In this document: in pieces, positions 1 through 10,904 of the stretch
How positions within the stretch are numbered: position 1 is the stretch's first letter
Layout: the number at the start of each line of letters is the position of its first letter
Assembly: GCA_002269645.1 (NCBI GenBank)
Contig: NIVC01000110.1
Location: 868,001-932,000, forward strand
Direction of reading: 5' to 3'
Origin: Macrostomum lignano
Lineage: Eukaryota
Length of the DNA: 64,000 bases
The notes under the pieces: model-generated
What the model saw: only the letters and a program-made list of their open reading frames with translations
The model's database searches: none
What the model was told of the DNA's origin: nothing
Position numbers and translations under genes: made by a program

Positions 1-1460
1 GGGTGTCATGCACCACAAGGCCCGCGGCGGGAAGCTCTCGGTTGACTGCTAGCAGTCCTTTCCGGAGCTCGTCAGCAGAGGTAACAACGCTCCTGGCCGG
101 GACCCAGATTCGATGCCTCTTGGTCCGGGGGCGCTCGTCCTCTCTGCAGAAGGCTAGGTTGAGGTCCCAGCTCTGCTCGGGCAGCAGCTCAAGGAGCCGC
201 CGACCCGAGTCAGCATCACTGGGCCAAATGAGAAGGCACGAGTCCCTCGTCGCATTCGAATGAATGTTCAGAGGCGTGCCCTTCAGAGTAAGCTTCCACA
301 GGAGGCCATCAACGGCACCTCTCACCTGCTTCAGCTGATCGGGAGACAGGCGCGCGTCCTTTCCCAGGATGACAACCGCCGGTTGCCTCTTTGCCGCATC
401 AGCGTAGGAGGCCCGGGGGTCAGTGGAGCTTTCTTCAGGTGGGCTGTCCACCCTCCCGGCTGCATCGGCCTCCCTATCCTGGGCAGGGGCTTCCGTGGGC
501 TCGAGGCCCTCTTCCGCCACCGCCCCAGACTGGGAAGCTTCCGCTGCCGCGGGCCGTTGGCCCCTGGCACCGGTTTGGCTTCCGCCCTCCTTGGCCCGCC
601 TCGCCTTGTTAAGTCGACGGCGGGCAGCTCCAGAGGTGGTGCTGCGTTGCTTAGCAGCTGGAGTAGCAGGTGTCTTCTCGGAGGCACCGCTCAGAGTTGG
701 CTCCACGGGTCTCGCCGAGGCGTCCCCGATGGTAGCAGGTGGTATGGCCGAGGAGTCCACGGCCCCAGCCGAGGCCGGAGGCACTGTGTCATCCACAGCC
801 GGTTTGTTACTTCGGTTAGAAGCCATTGGCTGGAAGTAAAAAGGTGGGACTTCCTGCAGAACACAGGCAAAGAGCCGCAAGGCCGCAACCCCAAACCAAT
901 CGGCAGGCCCCCAAAAAGCAAAATACCACCCTGCGGGGGGACCCAAAAGCGCAAGGGGAACCGTTAGCGACCAGACTACTCCCTGGCCAAGCGTCCATCA
1001 GCACGGAGTTACACTGGGACATTAGAGGGTGCGTTTATGGTCACACCAGGACCCGGCGCCAACGAATCAGCTCGGCAGGGCCCAAAGGGGCCTGCCTTAA
1101 CACCCACGGGACGAGTACCCTTCGAAGTGCGCCTTGCAAGGTGAAAATCAGGAGACAGAGTCTCTTGAGCTATCGGCCCGCCAGGGGAGGCAGGTGTGAG
1201 CATCGCTGGCTGGGATAAAGGCCATACCAGTCTCATACTGCACAGATAGTTCACCACGCCATTACGTGCAGGACCCGGGGTCCTGGGGGCAACAGCCCCG
1301 GCATGCGCTCCCTTTCTCCAATTAACACTGTAGGAATACCAAGCCATTTTTCCGCCCGTCGAACTACCAAGAGGGGGGGAAATTCCCCCCCCAGACAATT
1401 TTTTTTGTTGCGCCGTATTGGAGCAACGTAGGCACACGAAATTCAAGAACACGGGCTAAC
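1..1460 (-). mobile_element. 5' end (5' UTR plus ORF1) of a non-LTR retrotransposon, R1/Waldo-like; continues off the left edge
   Basis: GC-rich block holding a gag-like ORF1 (next feature) and a ~600-nt leader with several hairpins. The 5' boundary is approximate. Confidence 0.7.
2..826 (-). CDS. Retrotransposon ORF1 (gag-like, DUF4780/R1-type), 3'-partial
   Basis: Hand translation from ATG at 826-824 is open to the window edge: MASNRSNKPAV...SGAARRRLNKARRAK...SYADAAKRQPAVVILG...RPRTKRHRIWVPARS...LRKGLLAVNRELPAAGLVVHDT. The SGAxRRxL, SYAxAAK and RxWVP...NxxLP motifs resemble R1-clade ORF1. Missing from the ORF track, probably because it has no stop in the window. Confidence 0.75.
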   Translation of the reverse strand, partial: MASNRSNKPAVDDTVPPASAGAVDSSAIPPATIGDASARPVEPTLSGASEKTPATPAAKQRSTTSGAARRRLNKARRAKEGGSQTGARGQRPAAAEASQSGAVAEEGLEPTEAPAQDREADAAGRVDSPPEESSTDPRASYADAAKRQPAVVILGKDARLSPDQLKQVRGAVDGLLWKLTLKGTPLNIHSNATRDSCLLIWPSDADSGRRLLELLPEQSWDLNLAFCREDERPRTKRHRIWVPARSVVTSADELRKGLLAVNRELPAAGLVVHDT

Positions 1461-1639
1461 TTTTTGTTGCGCACCCTCTCAAACACAAATCAAGTCGCCA
1501 GCCCTCCGGACCGTCGAGATATTCAACGATTCTGCCAGAAGGTCGGATTTTTCCCATAAGTGCTAGTGTATTCAGTTCACCCCTGTGCGCCAATCAGCAC
1601 TGCGCCTCAGTGCAGCCTTCCAATGCCTCCAAATTTCAT

Positions 1640-2483
1640 CAGCACGTCGACCACATGTGTCTGCATCAGCTCTGACAACGTTGGTCACTAGCCTTCACCC
1701 AGGCGGAGCTTTCTGGACCTTCAAAAGGTGGTACCAAGTGACTATGGACACCCTGATACGAATTTCTCGAGTTTCGCTGATCAAGCCTCGACAGTGGGCA
1801 AACCTCAACTGCTAGGTCTCCTCAGCTAGTCTCTCGGGCATTCCGTTATCACCCCGACGCCGTCGGCACCTTCAACAGGTGGCATCAGATGACTATGGAC
1901 ATCCTTTTGCATCTATGTTAAGTTTTTCTTATGAAGCTTCAATAATGGACAATCTGTAACGCCTGGTTATTCTCAGCAAGAGTCTCAAACAGTCTATAAT
2001 CACCCGACGTGATTATATAAACAGGATTAGGTAATTTTTTAACTAAACTAAATTTGACCGAATATTCACGAAGAGAAAAAAGCACTAGGCCTAAAAATTA
2101 CCAAATTTTCTGTGTAATGAAGATCAAGTCAAAATATACTAAATATCCAAGTTTTCTGTCTTAAAAGTTACCAATTTTTAAAAAACTTAAATAAAATCAT
2201 ACGTCTGGGTGTCCATGGTCATGATTTCGTCCCCTTGAAGGTGACGATGACGGCTAAATGACGACGTCCGGGTGATAACGGAATGCCCGAGAGACTAGCT
2301 GAGGAGACCTAGCAGTTGAGGTTTGCCCACTGTCGAGGCTTGATCAGCGAAACTCGAGAAATTCGTATCAGGGTGTCCATAGTCACTTGGTACCACCTGT
2401 TGAAGGTCCAGAAGCTCCGCCTGGGTGAAGGCCAGTGACCAACGAAGTCAGAGCTGATGCAGACACATGTGGTCGACGTGCTG
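1640..2483. mobile_element. Foldback/MITE-like element with ~225-bp inverted arms
   Basis: 1640-1864 is the near-perfect reverse complement of 2259-2483 (CAGCACGTCGACC...GGTCGACGTGCTG). AT-rich core; no ORF and no clear TSD. Confidence 0.75.
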
Positions 2484-3212
2484 CTGTTATTTAAACAAAT
2501 TTCTCTTTGCCACTGCTGATCCTGTTGCAAAAATGTCTTTAGTTTACCAATATAAATTACTTTTTGTTTAACTATTCAAAATCAAAATAAATCCCAATCG
2601 ACTCCTTTCCAAATGCGTCTCAGCCATGCAGAATCTTCAAAGCCAGTTTTTATATTTTCGTTAAACAAATAAGATTAATAATTATCTGGATTATGGGCTG
2701 ATCTGTTTCTGTCAACTAAACTCAGTAATATAATCATACTAATGAGCTCACCAGAATTCTAGATTTGAGATCACGGACAGTGGGTGCTCACATCACCTGC
2801 ACAAAACAAGAATCCGTTGAGTAAGAAGCCTGAGACACTGGGAGTTGCACTGATGCAGCTGCAGCATCATCTTAACTGCAGTCTCTGGCAAAAGCCTGTA
2901 TTTTCGTTAGGGTCCGAGAGAGCCACCGAATTCATTTTGTCTTTGAGTCTGTTTTGAAGCCTTTTTGAAGCTTTAGGCGTCTCAACATATGTTTTAGTCA
3001 GAGACAGGGGGTTGTGTGCACCCTGGCGCACTTTAAGCGACATTGTCACACAACCGGCGAGAGGCATTACTGCTCAAATACTTCAGAAGTTTATGTTCAA
3101 CTACTTTAAGAAGTTTAAACCAACAGGGCAGGATTTCACTCCTCAGTATAACAAAGACTACTAGAAGAACGTGGCCCCCAAAAGGGCCGTTTTATATATG
3201 CATCGCAAAAAT

Positions 3213-3372
3213 TCTGCAAGCTGAGGATGAAGCTGAGAGTCTGTAAGCGTAGGATGAAGCTAATGAGAGTCTGCAATCTGAGGATGAAACTGAGAGTTCG
3301 TAAGCTGAGGATGAAGCTGAGAGTCTGCAAGCTGAGGATGAAGCTGAGAGTTTCAGAAGAGAGAAGCTGAGA
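3213..3372. repeat. 27-bp minisatellite (CTGCAAGCTGAGGATGAAGCTGAGAGT), ~6 degenerate copies
   Basis: Read directly. Flanked by a duplicated GTGGCCCCCAAAAGGGCCGTTTTAT segment at ~3171 and ~3459. Confidence 0.8.
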
Positions 3373-4132
3373 GCTTCCTCGGCTGCAGAAGAGCCTATAG
3401 ATTGGCCTCTCACACTACGTGTCATTAACTTTTACTCATTCTTATTCTACCAGAGAAGTGTGGCCCCCAAAAAGGGCCGTTTTATGTATACATCGCAAAA
3501 ATGAAAGCAAATATTTTGTCAATTTTCTGCTTAGAACTCTCAGTTAAAATGAGCTAATTTCTTAGAAACCAACGCGAACATGAGTTTATTTTTGTAATTT
3601 GTTAAAATCAGTATCGTGAACGGAATTCATGTTTGCCGAAGGCAGCCAACCAAGCGCACATCCAGTTTAAACAAAAACTCAGAAAACGGAATTAAGAATA
3701 TAATTATATCTACCTGTATATTGAATCCGAAATTTAAACAGTAAGTTCATAACTTATAATTTTACAGTTGAATTGGTCAAAGTAAAATGCGAAGCTTCAA
3801 TAAAACTGGACAGGTACCAAAGTACTTTCAATAAATATTACTAAACTATATGCACAGCATATAGGTTATTAATGAGAGGTTTGATTCAAGTCAATTTAGT
3901 ACGGAAGTCAATTTTTGTTAATAATAATAGCAACAATTTTATTACGATTGAAATCAAAATTACGAAGAATTTGATAAATTGCACAATGTCCAAAATGGCA
4001 CTCTGCTCAGAACTGAAATGGCACTCTACTCAGACCCAAATCTCTACTTTTAGTTCAATACATAGCGCTGTACATCTAGAAGGCAGTTCACAGTCAGAAG
4101 TACACAAGACATGAAGTCACGTGATGCCACAG

Positions 4133-7100
4133 TCACACAGCTCCAGTGGTGGACCGGGGTCGGTAGGTGCTCTTTCCAGGAAACTGGATGCCTCTGCCGC
4201 CGCTGTCTCCGCCGCCGCCGTCGCCTTGGAGCAGCTTGCAGAACTCTTTGAACGTGACGCCGCCGCCGGTTCCGACATCCGTGGCCGACATCACCAGCTC
4301 GACATCGGCATCGGCTGAGTCCTCTTCCAGCAGCTCCAGAGCGACTTGAATCTCCTGACGACTCAGAAGTCCGTCGCCGTCTTTGTCGAACAAGTCAAAC
4401 GCCGCTCGAAGCTCCAGCAGCTCCTCGGTGTTCAAAGCGGCGTCGTCTTCGCTCTGGTGGCAGCACTGCCGGTGCCTGCGGCCTCCGAGCTGCTGCTGCT
4501 GCTGCTGTTGCTGCTGAGCTGTCGGGTGCAGCGCCGATGCTGGTGTGAGCCAGCACCGAGAGCTGTTCATGAGGCTGGTGAATTCCAGCAGAGTCAGACC
4601 GCCTTTGCGACCGGAGTCCCACTGGTTGAGTAGCAGCTGAGGGAGTCGTGTTGGGGGAGAGGATCTGCGGTTTATGAGGCTGTTGGAGACACTGCTCACA
4701 TTTGGCACTCTGCTCAGGTACTCAATTGACACTCTGCTCAGGTACTCATTTGGCACTCTGCTCAGGTACTCAATTGGCACTCTGCTCAGGTACTCAATTG
4801 GCACTCTGCTCAGGTACTCAATTGGCACTCTGCTCAGGTACTCAATTGGCACTCTGCTCAGGTACTCAATTGGCACTCTGCTCAGGTACTCAATTGGCAC
4901 CCTCCTCAGGTACTCAATTGGCACTCTGCTCAGGTACTCAGTTGGCACTTTGCTCAGGTACTCATTTGGCACTCTGCTCAGGTACTCAATTGGCACTCTG
5001 CTCAGGTACTCAGTTGGCACTCTACACAAATCAGAAGTCTCGTCTACACCATTGCATAGAAATACGGGTTTTAATTAAAAAAGTTGCGAAACTTCACATT
5101 AGAAATTCTGTTGCTATAAATAGCTCCCCAAACCAGACGAAGCTGTTTTGAGCACAGAAAAACCGCATTGAGCATATGGGGCTCCCTGCTACTTATTCAA
5201 GGCCATATTTCTGAGCAGTTCGTGCTTCACATAATTCTAAATGAAAATGGTGTCGTATTCTTTGCTAGCACAATGCAGAGATGTCTGACTTGCCCTGTTA
5301 TTCACACCATCTTGTTTTTACTGGAATGAAAATATGCAGACGAAACTGTTCACTCGTAAATAAGTACTCAGAATTATTTTCCACAGTCAGGCCAAGAAAC
5401 TCAAAGCATTTTATCTGCCTAGAAAGCGTTGGACTTAAGCTTTGTGTTGTTTGTAAACTTAAGGACATTGTGTTCGCTTTTGTTTTAGCATGGATTTTGA
5501 GTCTGCCTGTTTATGCAAGTATGACTGTTTATGCAAGCCTGAACTGTCTGTTTATGCAAGTCTGAACTGTCTGTTTATTCAAGTCTGAACTGTCTGTTTA
5601 TGCAAGCCTGAACTGTCTGTTTATGCAAGCCTGAACTGTCTGTTTATGCCAGTCTGAACTGTCTGTTTATGCCAGTCTGAACTGTCTGTTTATGCCAGTC
5701 TGAACTGTCTGTTTATGCCAGTCTGAACTGTCTGTTTATGCAAGCTTAAACTGTCTGTTTATGCAAGCCTCAACTGTCTGTTTATGTCAGTCTGAACTGT
5801 CTGTTTATGCCAGTCTGAACTGTCTGTTTATGCAAGCCTGAACTGTCTGTTTATGCCAGCTTAAACTGTCTGTTTATGCCAGTTTAAATTGTCTGTTTAT
5901 GCCAGCTTAAACTGTCTGTTTATGCCAGCCTGAACTGTCTGTTTATGTCAGTCTGAACTGTCTGTTTATGCCAGTCTGAACTATCTGTTTATGCCAGTCT
6001 GAACTGTCTGTTTATGCCAGTCTGAACTATCTGTTTATGCCAGTCTGAACTGTCTGTTTATGCCAGTCTGAACTGTCTGTTTATGCCAGTCTGAACTATC
6101 TGTTTATGCCAGTCTGAACTGTCTGTTTATGCCAGTCTGAACTGTCTGTTTATGCCAGTCTCAACTGTGTGTTTATGCCAGTCTGAACTGTCTGTTTATG
6201 CCAGTCTGAACTGTCTGTTTATGCCAGTCTCAACTGTGTGTTTATGCCAGTCTGAACTGTCTGTTTATGCCAGTCTGAACTGTCTGTTTATGCCAGTCTG
6301 AACTGTCTGTTTATGCCAGTCTGAACTGTCTGTTTATGCCAGTCTGAACTGTCTGTTTATGCCAGCCTGAACTGTGTGTTTATGCCAGCCTGAACTGTCT
6401 GTTTATGCAAGCCTGAACTGTCTGTTTATGCCAGTTTAAACTGCCTGTTTATGCCAGCTTAAACTGTCTGTTTATGTCAGTCTGAACTGTCTGTTTATGC
6501 CAGTCTGAACTATCTGTTTATGCCAGTCTCAACTGTCTGTTTATGCCAGTCTGAACTGTCTGTTTATGCCAGTCTGAACTGTCTGTTTATGCCAGTCTGA
6601 ACTGTCTGTTTATGCCAGTCTGAACTGTCTGTTTATGCCAGTCTGAACTGTCTGTTTATGCCAGTCTCAACTGTCTGTTTATGCCAGTCTGAACTGTCTG
6701 TTTATGCCAGTCTGAACTGTCTGTTTATGCCAGTCTGAACTGTCTGTTTATGCCAGTCTGAACTGTCTGTTTATGCCAGTCTGAACTGTCTGTTTATGCC
6801 AGTCTGAACTGTCTGTTTATGCCAGTCTCAACTGTCTGTTTATGCAAGCCTGGATTGTCTGTTTATGTCTAAAATATCTAAGAAAGATCCTAAAGTGTCT
6901 GTTTTTTAGTGAAAACAGTCTCACCTGAACCTCCCGCTCCGCAACCGGCATGCCGAGTCTCTCCATCACGCTCGCCAGCTCAGCCCCGCCCATCCTGCCA
7001 TCGTTGTCCTTGTCGAACAGGCCGAAGGCCTCCTTCCACTTGCCAGCAAAGTCGGCTACATTGAGGCTGAGCGATCGACCAATCATAGCGCGACGCTGCT

Positions 7101-7278
7101 TAACCTTTCGATCTCCAGTTGAACTTGAGCTTGAGTCATCTGCAGCAGCCTTCATCAAAGGTTTCATTGATGCTTTGGCTGGCAGAAGCATAGCGAGTTT
7201 GGCTTTCAAATGATTGTTGGGCTGTTCAGTTGGTTGGGGCTTGATGAGACCGCTGTTAGCACTGCTGCATACAGACAT
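4133..7278 (-). CDS. Calmodulin-like / EF-hand calcium-binding protein, ~285 aa; exons 7278-6925 and 4636-4133
   Basis: Exon 1 ends ...FDKDNDGRMGGAELASVMERLGMPVAEREVQ|GTGAGA. Exon 2 starts after CCTCAG| with LLLNQWDSGRKGGLTLLEFTSLM...FDKDGDGLLSRQEI...TDVGTGGGVTFKEFCKLL. The phase-0 join restores calmodulin helix spacing; four EF-hand motifs. An upstream exon cannot be excluded. Confidence 0.88.
4690..5025. repeat. 24-bp intronic minisatellite (GGCACTCTGCTCAGGTACTCAATT), ~14 copies
   Basis: Read directly; explains the repetitive GTLLRYSI and ALCSGTQL pseudo-ORFs. Confidence 0.95.
5505..6870. repeat. 23-bp intronic minisatellite (GCCAGTCTGAACTGTCTGTTTAT), ~59 copies
   Basis: Read directly. 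Confidence 0.95.
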
Positions 7279-8049
7279 GGCTGTTTGCTGTGATAAGAAA
7301 GTTGGGTGTTGCAAGAGAATCAATGTTAAGGTCTTGCAGGAGCCTCTGCTCTGCTACAGATTGCCTGTATTTATAAACAGTTGCTTTTGGCATGGGAGGG
7401 TAGAGGGTGGTTTATCTTTCTAACCCCCCCGCTGTTTCAAGCCATGCAGAGCCAGTTCTTGACAAACAAAAAGCAAGAGGTCCACTCACTTACTCACCCC
7501 ATTAGCGTGCAGCACACGGGTAAATAAGTTAATAATAAACCGATGTACATTTTTAGTTCAATGTGAAAATTGTCGCTGAAAGAGTCATGTCATTCATTCT
7601 ATAGAGTTTGAATAATACTGTGACATTGGAATTTTCCATGGACGCCAATGAAAAGGTTTTTAAACAAGGTTGGGTGGGTTAGAACGAAGCTTTTCAAGAA
7701 ATTGTTTGGGTCCATTCCTAACAAAGAATGTATGGAAAGTATAGATATAGATGAGTGCTGTATTTCCAAACCAATTCAATTTTAATGCTGAGTTTTTTGT
7801 ACTCTCAGTAGTATACACCATCTGTTTGCTGGAGTTGGTTCAGCAAGTACAAGGAGGATTGATTGCTCCCACAGAACCCCTTTTGGGCCATAGACAATTT
7901 AAAGGCAAGTCTTCGCTAGCTTGATTCCCTCCACTGCAGAGGATTAAATGGCTTGCTCCTGCGCTCAATTAGCTTAGAAAAGGCTATATTATGGGTCTGC
8001 AACAGCTGACTGCCAAGAATTGACTGCCGAAACCAAACCGGGCAAACCC

Positions 8050-8260
8050 TCTCCTAAACCCTAATTCTAAACCCAACTGAAACACTTTAACTTAACCTGA
8101 TTCCTAAACCGAAACATAAACCTAAACCTAAACCCTAACTCTAACCTCCATTCTTGAACCCTAACCTAAACCTTAACCATACCCTAACCCTAACCCTAAA
8201 CTAAACCTTAACCTAAACCCTAGCCCAAACCTCAGTAAACCTCAACCTACCTAAGCCTAA
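8050..8260. repeat. Degenerate telomere-like (CCCTAA/CCTAAA) interstitial tract
   Basis: Includes ACCCTAACCCTAACCCTAAAC at ~8181 among many variant hexamers. Confidence 0.7.
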
Positions 8261-8342
8261 ACGAACTCATGCCATAAGATTCCTGTCAAGTCATCGTAAG
8301 TACCATCACCTTTTCGCAGAAAATCGTTCGAGCCATTATTGG

Positions 8343-9103
8343 CCATAGACGTGTTACAAGTCTATCTAAATCATGGATGAAGGAACACACTGGATTGCTC
8401 ATCTGAAATAGTCTATGGTCGAGTCCTTTCCTCCAAACTTGGAATTTACCCCCCCCCCCCCCTAGGAATCTATTGGCTGATGAAAGTTAAAAATAATCCC
8501 CCGTAGGACTTGATTGGCTGCTGAATCAGTCTATCAAATACATCTTTGGATTTCCCTCAAATTTTCAGCAGCTAGACATGCTCGTAGGTAGAAAAGCCTT
8601 AATGAAGCATCACGCTGTTGCCTGCGGACGTCTCACCGGTCTTGGATTTGCAGTCCAAGGCAGCGCAGGGGCGCTTTGCCATTACCAGTGAACGCTGACG
8701 GAACAAAACGACGAAGGCAGAATAGAATAAATTAATGACACACAGCTCTCATTTAAAAGGAAACTTTCTTATATGCACCCTTCTCTCTGCAGCTCGTCTG
8801 CTTTGATACATACTGCTACAATATTCTATGAAAACACTCAAAGTCAAACTCACAACCCGATCTTCGAATTCCCCCTGACTGATTCAGCAGCCAGTCAAGT
8901 CCTATGGGGGATTATTTTTAACTTTCATCAGCCAATAGATTCCTAGGGGGGTAAATTCCAAGTTTGGAGGAAAGAACTCGACCATAGACTATTTCAGATG
9001 AGCAATCCAGTGTATTCCTTCATCCACATGGTCTAAATGATTGGCAAAACTTTGTCAATTACCATATAGCTTCAGCTTCATTCAAGAATAAAATAGTCTA
9101 TGG
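8343..9103. mobile_element. Non-autonomous DNA element with CCATAGAC...GTCTATGG ends and ~150-bp internal inverted arms
   Basis: 8374-8531 is the reverse complement of 8877-9026. The terminal octamers are complementary. Superfamily not assigned. Confidence 0.6.
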
Positions 9104-9464
9104 TCAAACCCCTATTGGTAGTGTGTCTTCGGCTCAATTGTCTGCGATACTAATTAAGTTTTGACACAGACAACAAAACGCTTTCATTTTATTTCGGTTG
9201 ATCAAGAAAGCTTTATAATCACTCCACAAATTTCTGTACATTATCGACAGCGTATCGTCATTGCCTTCTGCCGTGAATTGTCGATGAAGAATGTGTCGGT
9301 GGTGTTCGGACTATCAAAAACTTTTGTTCACCTCATTCGGCCAACATTACTGTTCATTCCGCCGACTCCCCTGAGCAGGCACACAAGCGCGCGGATATGT
9401 ACGCAGTCATACGCACAGGCACACACTCACACAGGTGTGTACAGCGGCCCCTACTTTATTTATC

Positions 9465-9644
9465 GTTAGGCATGTACACTTCACTGTACCTTGGGGGTTG
9501 GGCCCCAAGCTGGGCGTTAATTGCACTAGCAGAGCCAAGCCAAGATTCCAATATAGTCTAAAAAATTAATGTGACTGCACTTGGAATCGAGCCTGGGCCG
9601 CTGGCGCATAAGAGCGCCGTGCTAGATCACTGGGCTACGGCTCC
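9465..9644 (-). mobile_element. tRNA-derived SINE-like element
   Basis: The minus strand of 9644-9572 reads GGAGCCGTAGCCCAGTGATCTAGCAC-GGCGC TCTTAT GCGCC-AGCGGCCCAGGCTCGATTCCAAGTGCAGTC. It has A-box and B-box-like motifs and an anticodon-like stem with only a 6-nt loop, followed by a body ending in ATAAATAAA. Confidence 0.6.
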
Positions 9645-10904
9645 TTGCTGGCTATCCAGGAGGTTTGGCCATAGACAGTTCATTCTGCAATATTTCCAGC
9701 TAGCAGGGTGATATACACGGTAAGTATAGTCCTTCCCTAGAAGACATCTATCTTCTTTGGGTTGCTGCGCGAGTACTTGCAAGAACGTGCAAGATCTTTG
9801 CTATAATAATACTTAGGTAAACTTACCAGATCTGGGCGACTTGCTACATCGTACAAGATCTTAGCTTTTATATCTTTTTATAGCTTCGAATCGCATCTTT
9901 TCTTTATTTTTTTGTCCCATTTTGTCATAAAATAAAATATAGTTCAGCTAGAACACTTTAGCTAAATGAATAACAAAAAAATGTACCTCCCATCTTAGAA
10001 GATCCTGCAAGAACCGAGCAGATTGAGAAGATCTGCTAAGTTTGAGAAGCAGAATTTCCTCTAGGGTTGCAAAGCAAAATGCAAATGGTCAGAAAGAACA
10101 GACAGTAAACACGCGGCCCACGTGCGGGTTAATGAATTGTAACCTTAGGCACGTCATTTATCAAACAATCCAACAGGTGATTAAACTCAAATTTCACTAT
10201 TGCGAAATCAAACCGAAATTTATATAACTAAAAGTACGCATAAGTTTTTACGTAATTGAATAATATTAAGAAAGAGTTTTGTGAGAAAACTTCAAATTTT
10301 GGCGACATTGCGAGACGTTCTTCTGTGACGTTCCTGCAGGCGAATTGCACTGCTGCACATTGCTGCCGGAGTGTCTTTAGTAAAATAAAAAAAATTCATT
10401 TCTAATAAAAAATTAACACAACGGTTTTAGAAAAATTCGAAACCTCAGCGAATTTAAATTCAAACAAAACATAGTACCTTCAACACATTGTAAAAAGTAA
10501 TTAAATTAAGACTCAAACGGATCAAGCTGATGTACGAGCGTACAACTAATATTCTAGGTATTACAATATTTTAAGCCGTTCGGGAACATGCAACCGCCGT
10601 TATAATTCGCTCTGGGCCGTGAAAATGTGAGATAAGAAGATAATCCAGCGCGTGTAACACAAATAAAATAAAAGTCACTTCAGCGATGTACATCAAAAGT
10701 ACAATTGCAGCCCTCCAGATTTTACTAGAACACAGTTTGCAGTCATAAAAACTATTATTATACACTGCGCAGCTTCCGTGCACAGCGTCGAAATCCAACT
10801 CACAGCACTAAGTATTTCTTTAATTCACTTGAAGTTTAAGTCGATTCTTACGTCTTGACTATTTAAAGTAGATATTCCGGTGTGCTAAATATTTTTATTG
10901 GATC

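Noticed and set aside
260-1218. Plus-strand ORFs at the left edge
   Set aside because: Shadows of the GC-rich minus-strand ORF1 and its leader.
3213-3372. Hammerhead ribozyme (CTGAGGA...GAAAC)
   Set aside because: No room for stem II and no flanking stems I/III.
8050-8260. True telomere or chromosome-fusion scar
   Set aside because: Short, highly degenerate and single-orientation; such tracts commonly occur inside repeats.
9572-9644. tRNA gene
   Set aside because: The anticodon loop is 6 nt and the acceptor stem does not pair; better explained as a SINE head.
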